Shown piece by piece: positions 29,712 through 41,300 of a DNA stretch of 64,000 nt. Source of the stretch: Flectonema sp. DT1601. Its lineage: Eukaryota. The notes under the pieces are model-generated. The model was not told where the DNA came from, did no database searches, and saw only the letters and a list, made by a program, of their open reading frames with translations. The position numbers were made by a program, and so were the translations under genes. Position 1 is the first letter of the stretch. Each line of letters starts with the position of its first letter. The DNA is taken from positions 1-64,000 of the forward strand of contig OZ025785.1 of NCBI GenBank assembly GCA_964019425.1. Direction: 5' to 3'.

Positions 29712-31499
29712 TTACTTTCTCATTGCGCTTATCTCCATTCGCGCAACTTCACTACAGGAAGACAAGTCTACGCTAGTCAGAGACTTTGAATTACTCAAGA
29801 ATCCATATCTTCCAATTTTAGTCAGCTTCTTCAAACCGGAAACATCGATGGAGGTGAGGGACTCACAGTTACTAATAAAGTTACTGTCAACACTCCTAAC
29901 GTCTATCCAGGAAGACAAGTCTACGCTAGTCAGAGACTTTGAATTATGCAAGAATGAATATCCTATTGTAGTCAGCTTCCGAAAACCGGAAACATCGATG
30001 GAGGTGAGGGACTCACAGTTACTAATAAAGTTACTGCCAACACTCCTAACGTCTATCCAGGAAGACAAGTCTACGCTAGTCAGAGACTTTGAATTATACA
30101 AGAAAAAACTTCTTATTGAAGTCAACTTTTGAAAACCGGAAACATCGATGGAGGTGAGGGACTCACAGTTACTAATAAAGGCATCGCCAACACTCGTTAC
30201 TTCACTCAAGGAAGACAAATCCACGCTAGTCAGAGACTTTGAATGATCTAAGAATGCATGTCCTACTGTAGTCAACTTCTGAAGACCTGAAACATCGATG
30301 GAGGTGAGAGACCCACAGCTAATAATAAACCAATCGCCAATGCACGTTACTTCACTCAAGGAAGACAAATCCACGCTAGTCAGAGACTTTGATTTATGCA
30401 AGAATCCTTTTGCTATTTTAGTCAGCTTCTGAAAACCGGAAACATCGATGGAGGTGAGGGACTCACAGTTGCTAACAAAGTAATCGCTAATGCTCGTTAC
30501 TTCCCTCAGACAGGATAAATTAACGTGAGTCAGAGACTTCGAGTTGCTCAAGAAGTAGCTGGGGATGATCGTCACATTGTGCAAAGAAGTGAAATCGATT
30601 GACGTCAGCGAGTCACAACCGTCTGACAGGAACTCTTGCTCAAATGCAGTGCAACGGCTGCAGTTGGTGAATGACAACCGCCGGATGCAAGACGGAAGCA
30701 TCTTAACACAATCACTAGAAAGGGTGCCTTCATCGTCGATATATTCTGAGGCATCGAAGACACACAACATGTCGGGATTTAGTCCGAACAAATTGTCAAT
30801 TCGAGTACGAAGATGTGAAGTCTTCAACTCCTCCGCAGTCACAACACGTTCAGACCTCTTGTATATTCTTTTCACAGTACCCCAGTTGTTCGAATCTTCC
30901 AGCTCACGGAGGATCTCGGCACCCCATGAGGTGTTGTCAAATTGGGATTTCACTTCTTCCTTCGACGAATGGGAGAGTCTCGGCCAGTCCAGCAACAGGA
31001 AGAGTTCCTTCCTGAGTTGGGCTGGGACACCCTCCTCTGTTTCACCCATGCCCAAGTAACCAATTTGAAGTGTGTTGAAATACTCATCCTCGTTCAGCAT
31101 CCGAGGGAAGCAGGTGGACGAGAATACATTCCTCAGGTCATCTTCGACCAACTCCAACTTCCCGTCCCCCTTGAGATCAGCTTTAACAAACCCGATATCG
31201 GCACACTTCATGTCAGGATGCAAGGAAAGGGTTCCCAGTAATCGCGAGCTTCCTTCCACCAACTTCGCCGACTCCTTCTCCCTCGCCACCCGGTGTACTT
31301 CCTTGTACGTCGTCAATTCAGTCGCAGCCTCAGCATCCGTCATTCCATCCATGATCTCCTCCGACGATCTGAGAACGTCAGAAAAGCTGTCCATCAGCGC
31401 CCCCGACTCCTCCTTCCGACTCACCACTTCCACGAGCAGCTTCGCCATGAACCTCTGATGGCTCCTCAAAACAGAGGACAGGGAATCGACAGTTGTCAT
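29712..31499 (-). CDS. LRR protein, 595 aa (tandem copy 1)
   Basis: Intact ORF, alternating 25-aa LRRs. Confidence 0.88.
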   Translation of the reverse strand: MTTVDSLSSVLRSHQRFMAKLLVEVVSRKEESGALMDSFSDVLRSSEEIMDGMTDAEAATELTTYKEVHRVAREKESAKLVEGSSRLLGTLSLHPDMKCADIGFVKADLKGDGKLELVEDDLRNVFSSTCFPRMLNEDEYFNTLQIGYLGMGETEEGVPAQLRKELFLLLDWPRLSHSSKEEVKSQFDNTSWGAEILRELEDSNNWGTVKRIYKRSERVVTAEELKTSHLRTRIDNLFGLNPDMLCVFDASEYIDDEGTLSSDCVKMLPSCIRRLSFTNCSRCTAFEQEFLSDGCDSLTSIDFTSLHNVTIIPSYFLSNSKSLTHVNLSCLREVTSISDYFVSNCESLTSIDVSGFQKLTKIAKGFLHKSKSLTSVDLSSLSEVTCIGDWFIISCGSLTSIDVSGLQKLTTVGHAFLDHSKSLTSVDLSSLSEVTSVGDAFISNCESLTSIDVSGFQKLTSIRSFFLYNSKSLTSVDLSSWIDVRSVGSNFISNCESLTSIDVSGFRKLTTIGYSFLHNSKSLTSVDLSSWIDVRSVDSNFISNCESLTSIDVSGLKKLTKIGRYGFLSNSKSLTSVDLSSCSEVARMEISAMRK

Positions 31500-33002
31500 T
31501 ATTTTAAACTGGATGAGTTTCTGGTGATGAAGAATTAATTCAAGATGCGTAACTTCAATTCAAGAATGAAGGAAAACTGCTTGTGAGTCAACTTCCCACT
31601 TGTCTGGAAACCACCTGAAGAATATCAGCGTGTGATGAATTAAAACTCCGACTTCGATACCATTGTACACAAGAGACACCAGGCAGCTGCAGTACTCGAA
31701 TTGAATGCTCAACTCGATTCTAATATTTCTTTCTTTGTGTCCCAACTCATATGAAGGCAGCTGTACTGTCCTTGGCTGTTGAAGTAAACAAACAATTACA
31801 CAACTCACAAAAGGGATGAATAACATATCAACGGGAAGCTGTGTCCTGACTTCACTAAATTAATACATTTTGTTTTCTCCTGTTGTAGTGATTCTTTGAT
31901 TGTCTCACAGGCTGCTTCCTGAAACGAAAAACTACAAATCCCAATTCCCTCTCTTCATTTCTTTTAGTTCTTTCTTCTTTTTTTTTTTTATTTGTTTTTC
32001 TTTTTTTGAACCAAAACGAGGGTTTATATCTTCGTTGTGGCATAACAATCCACTACTGGTATTCCCCAAATGCAAATATTTTGAAGAAATATATAAAAAT
32101 ATTTATTATAGTGAGCGCCGCATAGAATATTACTTTTGTTGTTTGTACATTATACGTTTTTATATTTTGTTTTTGGTTTCTCTCTTGCTCTTCCCGCACA
32201 CTCTCTCTCCTCTCTCTCTCTCTCTTTTCTTTAGAAAGCAGTAATAAAAATAGACAAAGAAAGAAATTCTGTATTGGCTTTATTTGAGTTTACGTTTTTT
32301 TTTAATTTTTGGTAACCGTATATCAGTGCATACTCATAATGACTGCAGCATCCCAACAGGAACTACAAACATTGTTAAGGAGAAAGAACAAAACAAAACA
32401 CAGCAGGTGTGGGAGAATAGTCGTAGAGTGGGAGAACTTCTCTCACAAGAAGGGTTTGTCACCTAAATCCTCACAACTACCACCTGTAAAATTAAATCAG
32501 AACATTTTTCTTTTTTATAAAATGATTGTTAATCTGTACTTTACTTTATAGGCTTGTTTCCGTTTGCGTATAAAACAACGACAACGATTACAGTATCTTA
32601 TTCTCTTGTTGAATGGGATAGGAATAACACAAAAATATCTTTTTCTTCTTTTCAAAGGTGCGCATGCGTGTTGTTTAAAAAAAAGAATTGGCTTTATCTT
32701 CAACTATACAGAAAATAATGATAACACTGATTTGTTTGTTTGTGCACGAAACCGTGAACCGACTTAAACTGATAAAGCTAAAGGAGGTTTACGTGTGCTG
32801 CCAACATTCTTTTTCGTTCTTACAATACTTGTTAAATGCAAAAAAAAAAAAAAAAGAGAAAACCATGCTGAGTGCAGGATTTCAGGTCTTTTAGAGGATG
32901 AAGCAGCGAGTCCTTTAAAATCATTCCAACGACATCACTGCAATCTTTCAATCCCTTGAAATCTTTCTCAGTCAGTTTGGTATGAAACAAATAATTTTAG
33001 AG

Positions 33003-34790
33003 TTACTTTCTCATTGCGCTTATCTCCATTCGCGCAACTTCACTACAGGAAGACAAGTCTACGCTAGTCAGAGACTTTGAATTACTCAAGAATCCATATC
33101 TTCCAATTTTAGTCAGCTTCTTCAAACCGGAAACATCGATGGAGGTGAGGGACTCACAGTTACTAATAAAGTTACTGTCAACACTCCTAACGTCTATCCA
33201 GGAAGACAAGTCTACGCTAGTCAGAGACTTTGAATTATGCAAGAATGAATATCCTATTGTAGTCAGCTTCCGAAAACCGGAAACATCGATGGAGGTGAGG
33301 GACTCACAGTTACTAATAAAGTTACTGCCAACACTCCTAACGTCTATCCAGGAAGACAAGTCTACGCTAGTCAGAGACTTTGAATTATACAAGAAAAAAC
33401 TTCTTATTGAAGTCAACTTTTGAAAACCGGAAACATCGATGGAGGTGAGGGACTCACAGTTACTAATAAAGGCATCGCCAACACTCGTTACTTCACTCAA
33501 GGAAGACAAATCCACGCTAGTCAGAGACTTTGAATGATCTAAGAATGCATGTCCTACTGTAGTCAACTTCTGAAGACCTGAAACATCGATGGAGGTGAGA
33601 GACCCACAGCTAATAATAAACCAATCGCCAATGCACGTTACTTCACTCAAGGAAGACAAATCCACGCTAGTCAGAGACTTTGATTTATGCAAGAATCCTT
33701 TTGCTATTTTAGTCAGCTTCTGAAAACCGGAAACATCGATGGAGGTGAGGGACTCACAGTTGCTAACAAAGTAATCGCTAATGCTCGTTACTTCCCTCAG
33801 ACAGGATAAATTAACGTGAGTCAGAGACTTCGAGTTGCTCAAGAAGTAGCTGGGGATGATCGTCACATTGTGCAAAGAAGTGAAATCGATTGACGTCAGC
33901 GAGTCACAACCGTCTGACAGGAACTCTTGCTCAAATGCAGTGCAACGGCTGCAGTTGGTGAATGACAACCGCCGGATGCAAGACGGAAGCATCTTAACAC
34001 AATCACTAGAAAGGGTGCCTTCATCGTCGATATATTCTGAGGCATCGAAGACACACAACATGTCGGGATTTAGTCCGAACAAATTGTCAATTCGAGTACG
34101 AAGATGTGAAGTCTTCAACTCCTCCGCAGTCACAACACGTTCAGACCTCTTGTATATTCTTTTCACAGTACCCCAGTTGTTCGAATCTTCCAGCTCACGG
34201 AGGATCTCGGCACCCCATGAGGTGTTGTCAAATTGGGATTTCACTTCTTCCTTCGACGAATGGGAGAGTCTCGGCCAGTCCAGCAACAGGAAGAGTTCCT
34301 TCCTGAGTTGGGCTGGGACACCCTCCTCTGTTTCACCCATGCCCAAGTAACCAATTTGAAGTGTGTTGAAATACTCATCCTCGTTCAGCATCCGAGGGAA
34401 GCAGGTGGACGAGAATACATTCCTCAGGTCATCTTCGACCAACTCCAACTTCCCGTCCCCCTTGAGATCAGCTTTAACAAACCCGATATCGGCACACTTC
34501 ATGTCAGGATGCAAGGAAAGGGTTCCCAGTAATCGCGAGCTTCCTTCCACCAACTTCGCCGACTCCTTCTCCCTCGCCACCCGGTGTACTTCCTTGTACG
34601 TCGTCAATTCAGTCGCAGCCTCAGCATCCGTCATTCCATCCATGATCTCCTCCGACGATCTGAGAACGTCAGAAAAGCTGTCCATCAGCGCCCCCGACTC
34701 CTCCTTCCGACTCACCACTTCCACGAGCAGCTTCGCCATGAACCTCTGATGGCTCCTCAAAACAGAGGACAGGGAATCGACAGTTGTCAT
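33003..34790 (-). CDS. LRR protein, 595 aa (tandem copy 2)
   Basis: Same protein as copy 1. Confidence 0.88.
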   Translation of the reverse strand: MTTVDSLSSVLRSHQRFMAKLLVEVVSRKEESGALMDSFSDVLRSSEEIMDGMTDAEAATELTTYKEVHRVAREKESAKLVEGSSRLLGTLSLHPDMKCADIGFVKADLKGDGKLELVEDDLRNVFSSTCFPRMLNEDEYFNTLQIGYLGMGETEEGVPAQLRKELFLLLDWPRLSHSSKEEVKSQFDNTSWGAEILRELEDSNNWGTVKRIYKRSERVVTAEELKTSHLRTRIDNLFGLNPDMLCVFDASEYIDDEGTLSSDCVKMLPSCIRRLSFTNCSRCTAFEQEFLSDGCDSLTSIDFTSLHNVTIIPSYFLSNSKSLTHVNLSCLREVTSISDYFVSNCESLTSIDVSGFQKLTKIAKGFLHKSKSLTSVDLSSLSEVTCIGDWFIISCGSLTSIDVSGLQKLTTVGHAFLDHSKSLTSVDLSSLSEVTSVGDAFISNCESLTSIDVSGFQKLTSIRSFFLYNSKSLTSVDLSSWIDVRSVGSNFISNCESLTSIDVSGFRKLTTIGYSFLHNSKSLTSVDLSSWIDVRSVDSNFISNCESLTSIDVSGLKKLTKIGRYGFLSNSKSLTSVDLSSCSEVARMEISAMRK

Positions 34791-36293
34791 TATTTTAAAC
34801 TGGATGAGTTTCTGGTGATGAAGAATTAATTCAAGATGCGTAACTTCAATTCAAGAATGAAGGAAAACTGCTTGTGAGTCAACTTCCCACTTGTCTGGAA
34901 ACCACCTGAAGAATATCAGCGTGTGATGAATTAAAACTCCGACTTCGATACCATTGTACACAAGAGACACCAGGCAGCTGCAGTACTCGAATTGAATGCT
35001 CAACTCGATTCTAATATTTCTTTCTTTGTGTCCCAACTCATATGAAGGCAGCTGTACTGTCCTTGGCTGTTGAAGTAAACAAACAATTACACAACTCACA
35101 AAAGGGATGAATAACATATCAACGGGAAGCTGTGTCCTGACTTCACTAAATTAATACATTTTGTTTTCTCCTGTTGTAGTGATTCTTTGATTGTCTCACA
35201 GGCTGCTTCCTGAAACGAAAAACTACAAATCCCAATTCCCTCTCTTCATTTCTTTTAGTTCTTTCTTCTTTTTTTTTTTTATTTGTTTTTCTTTTTTTGA
35301 ACCAAAACGAGGGTTTATATCTTCGTTGTGGCATAACAATCCACTACTGGTATTCCCCAAATGCAAATATTTTGAAGAAATATATAAAAATATTTATTAT
35401 AGTGAGCGCCGCATAGAATATTACTTTTGTTGTTTGTACATTATACGTTTTTATATTTTGTTTTTGGTTTCTCTCTTGCTCTTCCCGCACACTCTCTCTC
35501 CTCTCTCTCTCTCTCTTTTCTTTAGAAAGCAGTAATAAAAATAGACAAAGAAAGAAATTCTGTATTGGCTTTATTTGAGTTTACGTTTTTTTTTAATTTT
35601 TGGTAACCGTATATCAGTGCATACTCATAATGACTGCAGCATCCCAACAGGAACTACAAACATTGTTAAGGAGAAAGAACAAAACAAAACACAGCAGGTG
35701 TGGGAGAATAGTCGTAGAGTGGGAGAACTTCTCTCACAAGAAGGGTTTGTCACCTAAATCCTCACAACTACCACCTGTAAAATTAAATCAGAACATTTTT
35801 CTTTTTTATAAAATGATTGTTAATCTGTACTTTACTTTATAGGCTTGTTTCCGTTTGCGTATAAAACAACGACAACGATTACAGTATCTTATTCTCTTGT
35901 TGAATGGGATAGGAATAACACAAAAATATCTTTTTCTTCTTTTCAAAGGTGCGCATGCGTGTTGTTTAAAAAAAAGAATTGGCTTTATCTTCAACTATAC
36001 AGAAAATAATGATAACACTGATTTGTTTGTTTGTGCACGAAACCGTGAACCGACTTAAACTGATAAAGCTAAAGGAGGTTTACGTGTGCTGCCAACATTC
36101 TTTTTCGTTCTTACAATACTTGTTAAATGCAAAAAAAAAAAAAAAAGAGAAAACCATGCTGAGTGCAGGATTTCAGGTCTTTTAGAGGATGAAGCAGCGA
36201 GTCCTTTAAAATCATTCCAACGACATCACTGCAATCTTTCAATCCCTTGAAATCTTTCTCAGTCAGTTTGGTATGAAACAAATAATTTTAGAG

Positions 36294-38081
36294 TTACTTT
36301 CTCATTGCGCTTATCTCCATTCGCGCAACTTCACTACAGGAAGACAAGTCTACGCTAGTCAGAGACTTTGAATTACTCAAGAATCCATATCTTCCAATTT
36401 TAGTCAGCTTCTTCAAACCGGAAACATCGATGGAGGTGAGGGACTCACAGTTACTAATAAAGTTACTGTCAACACTCCTAACGTCTATCCAGGAAGACAA
36501 GTCTACGCTAGTCAGAGACTTTGAATTATGCAAGAATGAATATCCTATTGTAGTCAGCTTCCGAAAACCGGAAACATCGATGGAGGTGAGGGACTCACAG
36601 TTACTAATAAAGTTACTGCCAACACTCCTAACGTCTATCCAGGAAGACAAGTCTACGCTAGTCAGAGACTTTGAATTATACAAGAAAAAACTTCTTATTG
36701 AAGTCAACTTTTGAAAACCGGAAACATCGATGGAGGTGAGGGACTCACAGTTACTAATAAAGGCATCGCCAACACTCGTTACTTCACTCAAGGAAGACAA
36801 ATCCACGCTAGTCAGAGACTTTGAATGATCTAAGAATGCATGTCCTACTGTAGTCAACTTCTGAAGACCTGAAACATCGATGGAGGTGAGAGACCCACAG
36901 CTAATAATAAACCAATCGCCAATGCACGTTACTTCACTCAAGGAAGACAAATCCACGCTAGTCAGAGACTTTGATTTATGCAAGAATCCTTTTGCTATTT
37001 TAGTCAGCTTCTGAAAACCGGAAACATCGATGGAGGTGAGGGACTCACAGTTGCTAACAAAGTAATCGCTAATGCTCGTTACTTCCCTCAGACAGGATAA
37101 ATTAACGTGAGTCAGAGACTTCGAGTTGCTCAAGAAGTAGCTGGGGATGATCGTCACATTGTGCAAAGAAGTGAAATCGATTGACGTCAGCGAGTCACAA
37201 CCGTCTGACAGGAACTCTTGCTCAAATGCAGTGCAACGGCTGCAGTTGGTGAATGACAACCGCCGGATGCAAGACGGAAGCATCTTAACACAATCACTAG
37301 AAAGGGTGCCTTCATCGTCGATATATTCTGAGGCATCGAAGACACACAACATGTCGGGATTTAGTCCGAACAAATTGTCAATTCGAGTACGAAGATGTGA
37401 AGTCTTCAACTCCTCCGCAGTCACAACACGTTCAGACCTCTTGTATATTCTTTTCACAGTACCCCAGTTGTTCGAATCTTCCAGCTCACGGAGGATCTCG
37501 GCACCCCATGAGGTGTTGTCAAATTGGGATTTCACTTCTTCCTTCGACGAATGGGAGAGTCTCGGCCAGTCCAGCAACAGGAAGAGTTCCTTCCTGAGTT
37601 GGGCTGGGACACCCTCCTCTGTTTCACCCATGCCCAAGTAACCAATTTGAAGTGTGTTGAAATACTCATCCTCGTTCAGCATCCGAGGGAAGCAGGTGGA
37701 CGAGAATACATTCCTCAGGTCATCTTCGACCAACTCCAACTTCCCGTCCCCCTTGAGATCAGCTTTAACAAACCCGATATCGGCACACTTCATGTCAGGA
37801 TGCAAGGAAAGGGTTCCCAGTAATCGCGAGCTTCCTTCCACCAACTTCGCCGACTCCTTCTCCCTCGCCACCCGGTGTACTTCCTTGTACGTCGTCAATT
37901 CAGTCGCAGCCTCAGCATCCGTCATTCCATCCATGATCTCCTCCGACGATCTGAGAACGTCAGAAAAGCTGTCCATCAGCGCCCCCGACTCCTCCTTCCG
38001 ACTCACCACTTCCACGAGCAGCTTCGCCATGAACCTCTGATGGCTCCTCAAAACAGAGGACAGGGAATCGACAGTTGTCAT
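36294..38081 (-). CDS. LRR protein, 595 aa (tandem copy 3)
   Basis: Same protein as copy 1. Confidence 0.88.
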   Translation of the reverse strand: MTTVDSLSSVLRSHQRFMAKLLVEVVSRKEESGALMDSFSDVLRSSEEIMDGMTDAEAATELTTYKEVHRVAREKESAKLVEGSSRLLGTLSLHPDMKCADIGFVKADLKGDGKLELVEDDLRNVFSSTCFPRMLNEDEYFNTLQIGYLGMGETEEGVPAQLRKELFLLLDWPRLSHSSKEEVKSQFDNTSWGAEILRELEDSNNWGTVKRIYKRSERVVTAEELKTSHLRTRIDNLFGLNPDMLCVFDASEYIDDEGTLSSDCVKMLPSCIRRLSFTNCSRCTAFEQEFLSDGCDSLTSIDFTSLHNVTIIPSYFLSNSKSLTHVNLSCLREVTSISDYFVSNCESLTSIDVSGFQKLTKIAKGFLHKSKSLTSVDLSSLSEVTCIGDWFIISCGSLTSIDVSGLQKLTTVGHAFLDHSKSLTSVDLSSLSEVTSVGDAFISNCESLTSIDVSGFQKLTSIRSFFLYNSKSLTSVDLSSWIDVRSVGSNFISNCESLTSIDVSGFRKLTTIGYSFLHNSKSLTSVDLSSWIDVRSVDSNFISNCESLTSIDVSGLKKLTKIGRYGFLSNSKSLTSVDLSSCSEVARMEISAMRK

Positions 38082-38373
38082 TATTTTAAACTGGATGAGT
38101 TTCTGGTGATGAAGAATTAATTCAAGATGCGTAACTTCAATTCAAGAATGAAGGAAAACTGCTTGTGAGTCAACTTCCCACTTGTCTGGAAACCACCTGA
38201 AGAATATCAGCGTGTGATGAATTAAAACTCCGACTTCGATACCATTGTACACAAGAGACACCAGGCAGCTGCAGTACTCGAATTGAATGCTCAACTCGAT
38301 TCTAATATTTCTTTCTTTGTGTCCCAACTCATATGAAGGCAGCTGTACTGTCCTTGGCTGTTGAAGTAAACAA

Positions 38374-41300
38374 GTTAGTTAGTTAGTTAGCGAGTCCGAC
38401 ATACAATCGAGTACCGGTTAGCTAGACACAACAGGGTGGAACGGTTAACCACCTGTGAGTCCCCAATACTACGACTTTATGTCAAACCTAATCCCTGAGA
38501 GGATCACTTTTTTAGCTCCAGCGAGGAATTCTAATGTTCGAGAGACCCGAATTCCTCAATGCTTCGGCCTTGACCGGTTCGCTAGCAAATTAACAGAGTT
38601 TGGGGAGGGGAAAGGAAGATGATAATGATAATGATAAAACGAAGAAAACAAAATAAAATAAAATAAAAAAAAAAAATAAAATAAAATAAAATAAAATAAA
38701 ATAAATCAATAAATAAACAAAATAAAGGAAGGGGATAGAGAATTCAGATCTGTTGAATAATAGTAATCCTGGATGATTTTGACTGCTACTGATGTTGATT
38801 TAAGTGAATACTGCCAAAGTCACATGCCAAGGGATATATCGATATAGGACCTAGTAGGAGGTCCACGGACCCTGTGGTCAAACCATTTGGGATCAATTCT
38901 TTTGTAGTCGGCGTAGTGGATCTTATTCAAAAGATCTGTGAATTGCGTTCCCACGATACCGAGGTAGCAATACAGTTCCACTGTCCATAGATGTTCATGT
39001 ATCTCCTTGATATCGGTGCAGTCGTATGCTTGCGTGATGGCCTGCATGACTTCGGTCGTGTCATTCGGGGATAACTTTGGAAGTTTGGAGTACCTGTTGA
39101 GGTGCCACAGTAGTTTCTGTCTTGGTATGGCTACACGTAGCGGGAAACTCATTAAGTAGATGTTCAACTCCTTCAGCATGGCGGCCAAAAATGGTTGGTT
39201 GTCGGTTTCGAAGAAGGTATGATGATGCTGGCCTACATTTTCCGTATTATCTATCGGAAGAATTGGGAAGAACTTTCGAACTATCGGACTCACTCCCTTG
39301 CACTTAGAGAGGAGGTGGTGTGCATCTGTTTCGGTGTGATCACAGAATTGGCAATCGGTTAGGCCCAAACCTGGCAGCTTAACTAATTTGTGGTGGCCAG
39401 TGCGTATTTGTGCAATACTCACTTCGTCCTCCCGAGAGATTTCAGGATGAAACTTCTGTACTCTCCCAGCTGACGTAGCTAAGCAGTGTACGTGCATTGT
39501 GTCGCGGGATCTGAGCCATTCTCTTCTCACCTGGCTGATTATGGAACATTGGGCCATGCGGTAGTCGAACTCAACTTCCGTGAGCGGCAGGTCGGAAGCC
39601 GCCGCTTTGGAGGCTAGGTTGTCCGCCAATTCATTCCCTATCACACCACAGTGTGAGGGTACAAATTGAACTGATATCGGACGGTTAAGTGAGGATATCA
39701 GTTTAAATATCTCGCTGTTAGTACGCGAGGATTGGCATAGGTAGCCTTTAGCCAGGCTACTTAGCGACGACTGGCTGTCCGATATGACGTGAACGCGGCC
39801 ATATGGGAGCCGTGCTGAGTTCTCGCGGATGAGATCAAGGGCTGAGATTAGTGCGCGCTGTTCGGCGTTGTAAATCATGAGTGACGGATGGTAGCGTTGT
39901 TGCTTCTTGTAGCACTTGTTCCGGACGACGAGTACTGCTGCGTTGCCACAGTGGTAATTGCCATCCTTGTCCTCAAAATACGAAGCATCAGTGTATACTC
40001 TGGCAACTGCCGGCGGAAGAGACTCCAACGAAGCGATGGCAAATTTGAGGTTGAGTCCCGAGTCCTGTGACTTTCTGAAATCTCTGTTAGGTATAATTGT
40101 TACGTTGGGTGGTGTTAACCACGGTGCTTGGTAATGTTGTAAATACATCTGCGATCTAAGTCGGGGTGTTGGATAGCGTCTAGATGAACGCGAGGCTGAA
40201 GCTTCCCACGGAGTCTCCTCTTTGTTGCCTTTGAAGAGACCCCATGTCGGTAGATTATCATTGTATCGCTGGAATCGTTCATAGCACAGTGCTAGGGACT
40301 TAGTTAGATGTTGCTGAAACGGTAGAATATCTGACTCAACTGATACTGCTGAGGTCGACGCCGATTGGGAGCAGCCCGTTAGTCTCAACATGAGTTTCCT
40401 GTGGACCGTGCTTACGTGTGTCCATGATTTCTCGCGGAGGAATGGGGCGTATGCGGCAAGGCCGTGGAATGCCCTAGCTAGTACCAAACCATTCACCAGT
40501 TGTCTCAAAGTTTCCGTCTTGATCCTGAAGGATGAGATCATCTTTAGAAGACCAATTCCACGCTTCAGTGTGCTTTCCATTTTGTTCAATTGTGGAATAA
40601 AGGAGAGACGGTCGTCGATCAACACACCCAGATATCTCGCTTGTTCCACGCGCCTAAGAGGCTTGGCTGTAGTCATCGTTAGTGCCTTCTTACTCACTCT
40701 GCTTCGAAATTCTGAACGAGTCGACACCTTCCTTCCGTTTACAGTTAGGGGAAAGGTTGTTCCTCCATCGCGATTCAGTTGTGCTCCAGGTCCTATGTCT
40801 AAATCATCTAAAAGGTCCATCGGACTCGAAATGGACTCCAGTTTTATAGTTGATGGAAGATACAGTCTAGGGAATCTACAGAGCCCCCTGCCAGGGTCAA
40901 ACCGTGTGCCAATGGCTAGAAACTCCGTCTTCTCTATTGACAGACTCATTTCTGAGTCTACTAGCCAGCCCTCCACTTGCCGTATTGCCTCATTGGCTTT
41001 ATCCTCCAGATCACCAACTTTCGTACTGCTAACAAATATTGATAGGTCGTCAGCATATAGAAGCTTCAGATCGGCACTCTTGATCGACTGTGGTAGGGAG
41101 TTGACGTATAGTCTGAAGAGGAGAGGTCCAAGGATGCTACCTTGCGGGACACCTTTGTTACATTTGACCCTCTTCGAGAAGGATTCGCCATATTGCAGAC
41201 GGGCCGACCGGTGAGTTAAGAAATCGGAGATCCATCTAACGAAAGGCAACGGTAGGAGTGGTTTGAGTCTTGCGATTAACTTATTATGATTAACATTATC

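Noticed and set aside
29712..30540. Regular conserved-plus-variable repeats resembling a CRISPR array or DGR template
   Set aside because: They are in-frame 75/150-bp LRR coding repeats in a eukaryotic gene; no cas genes, and both RTs are non-LTR type, not DGR type.
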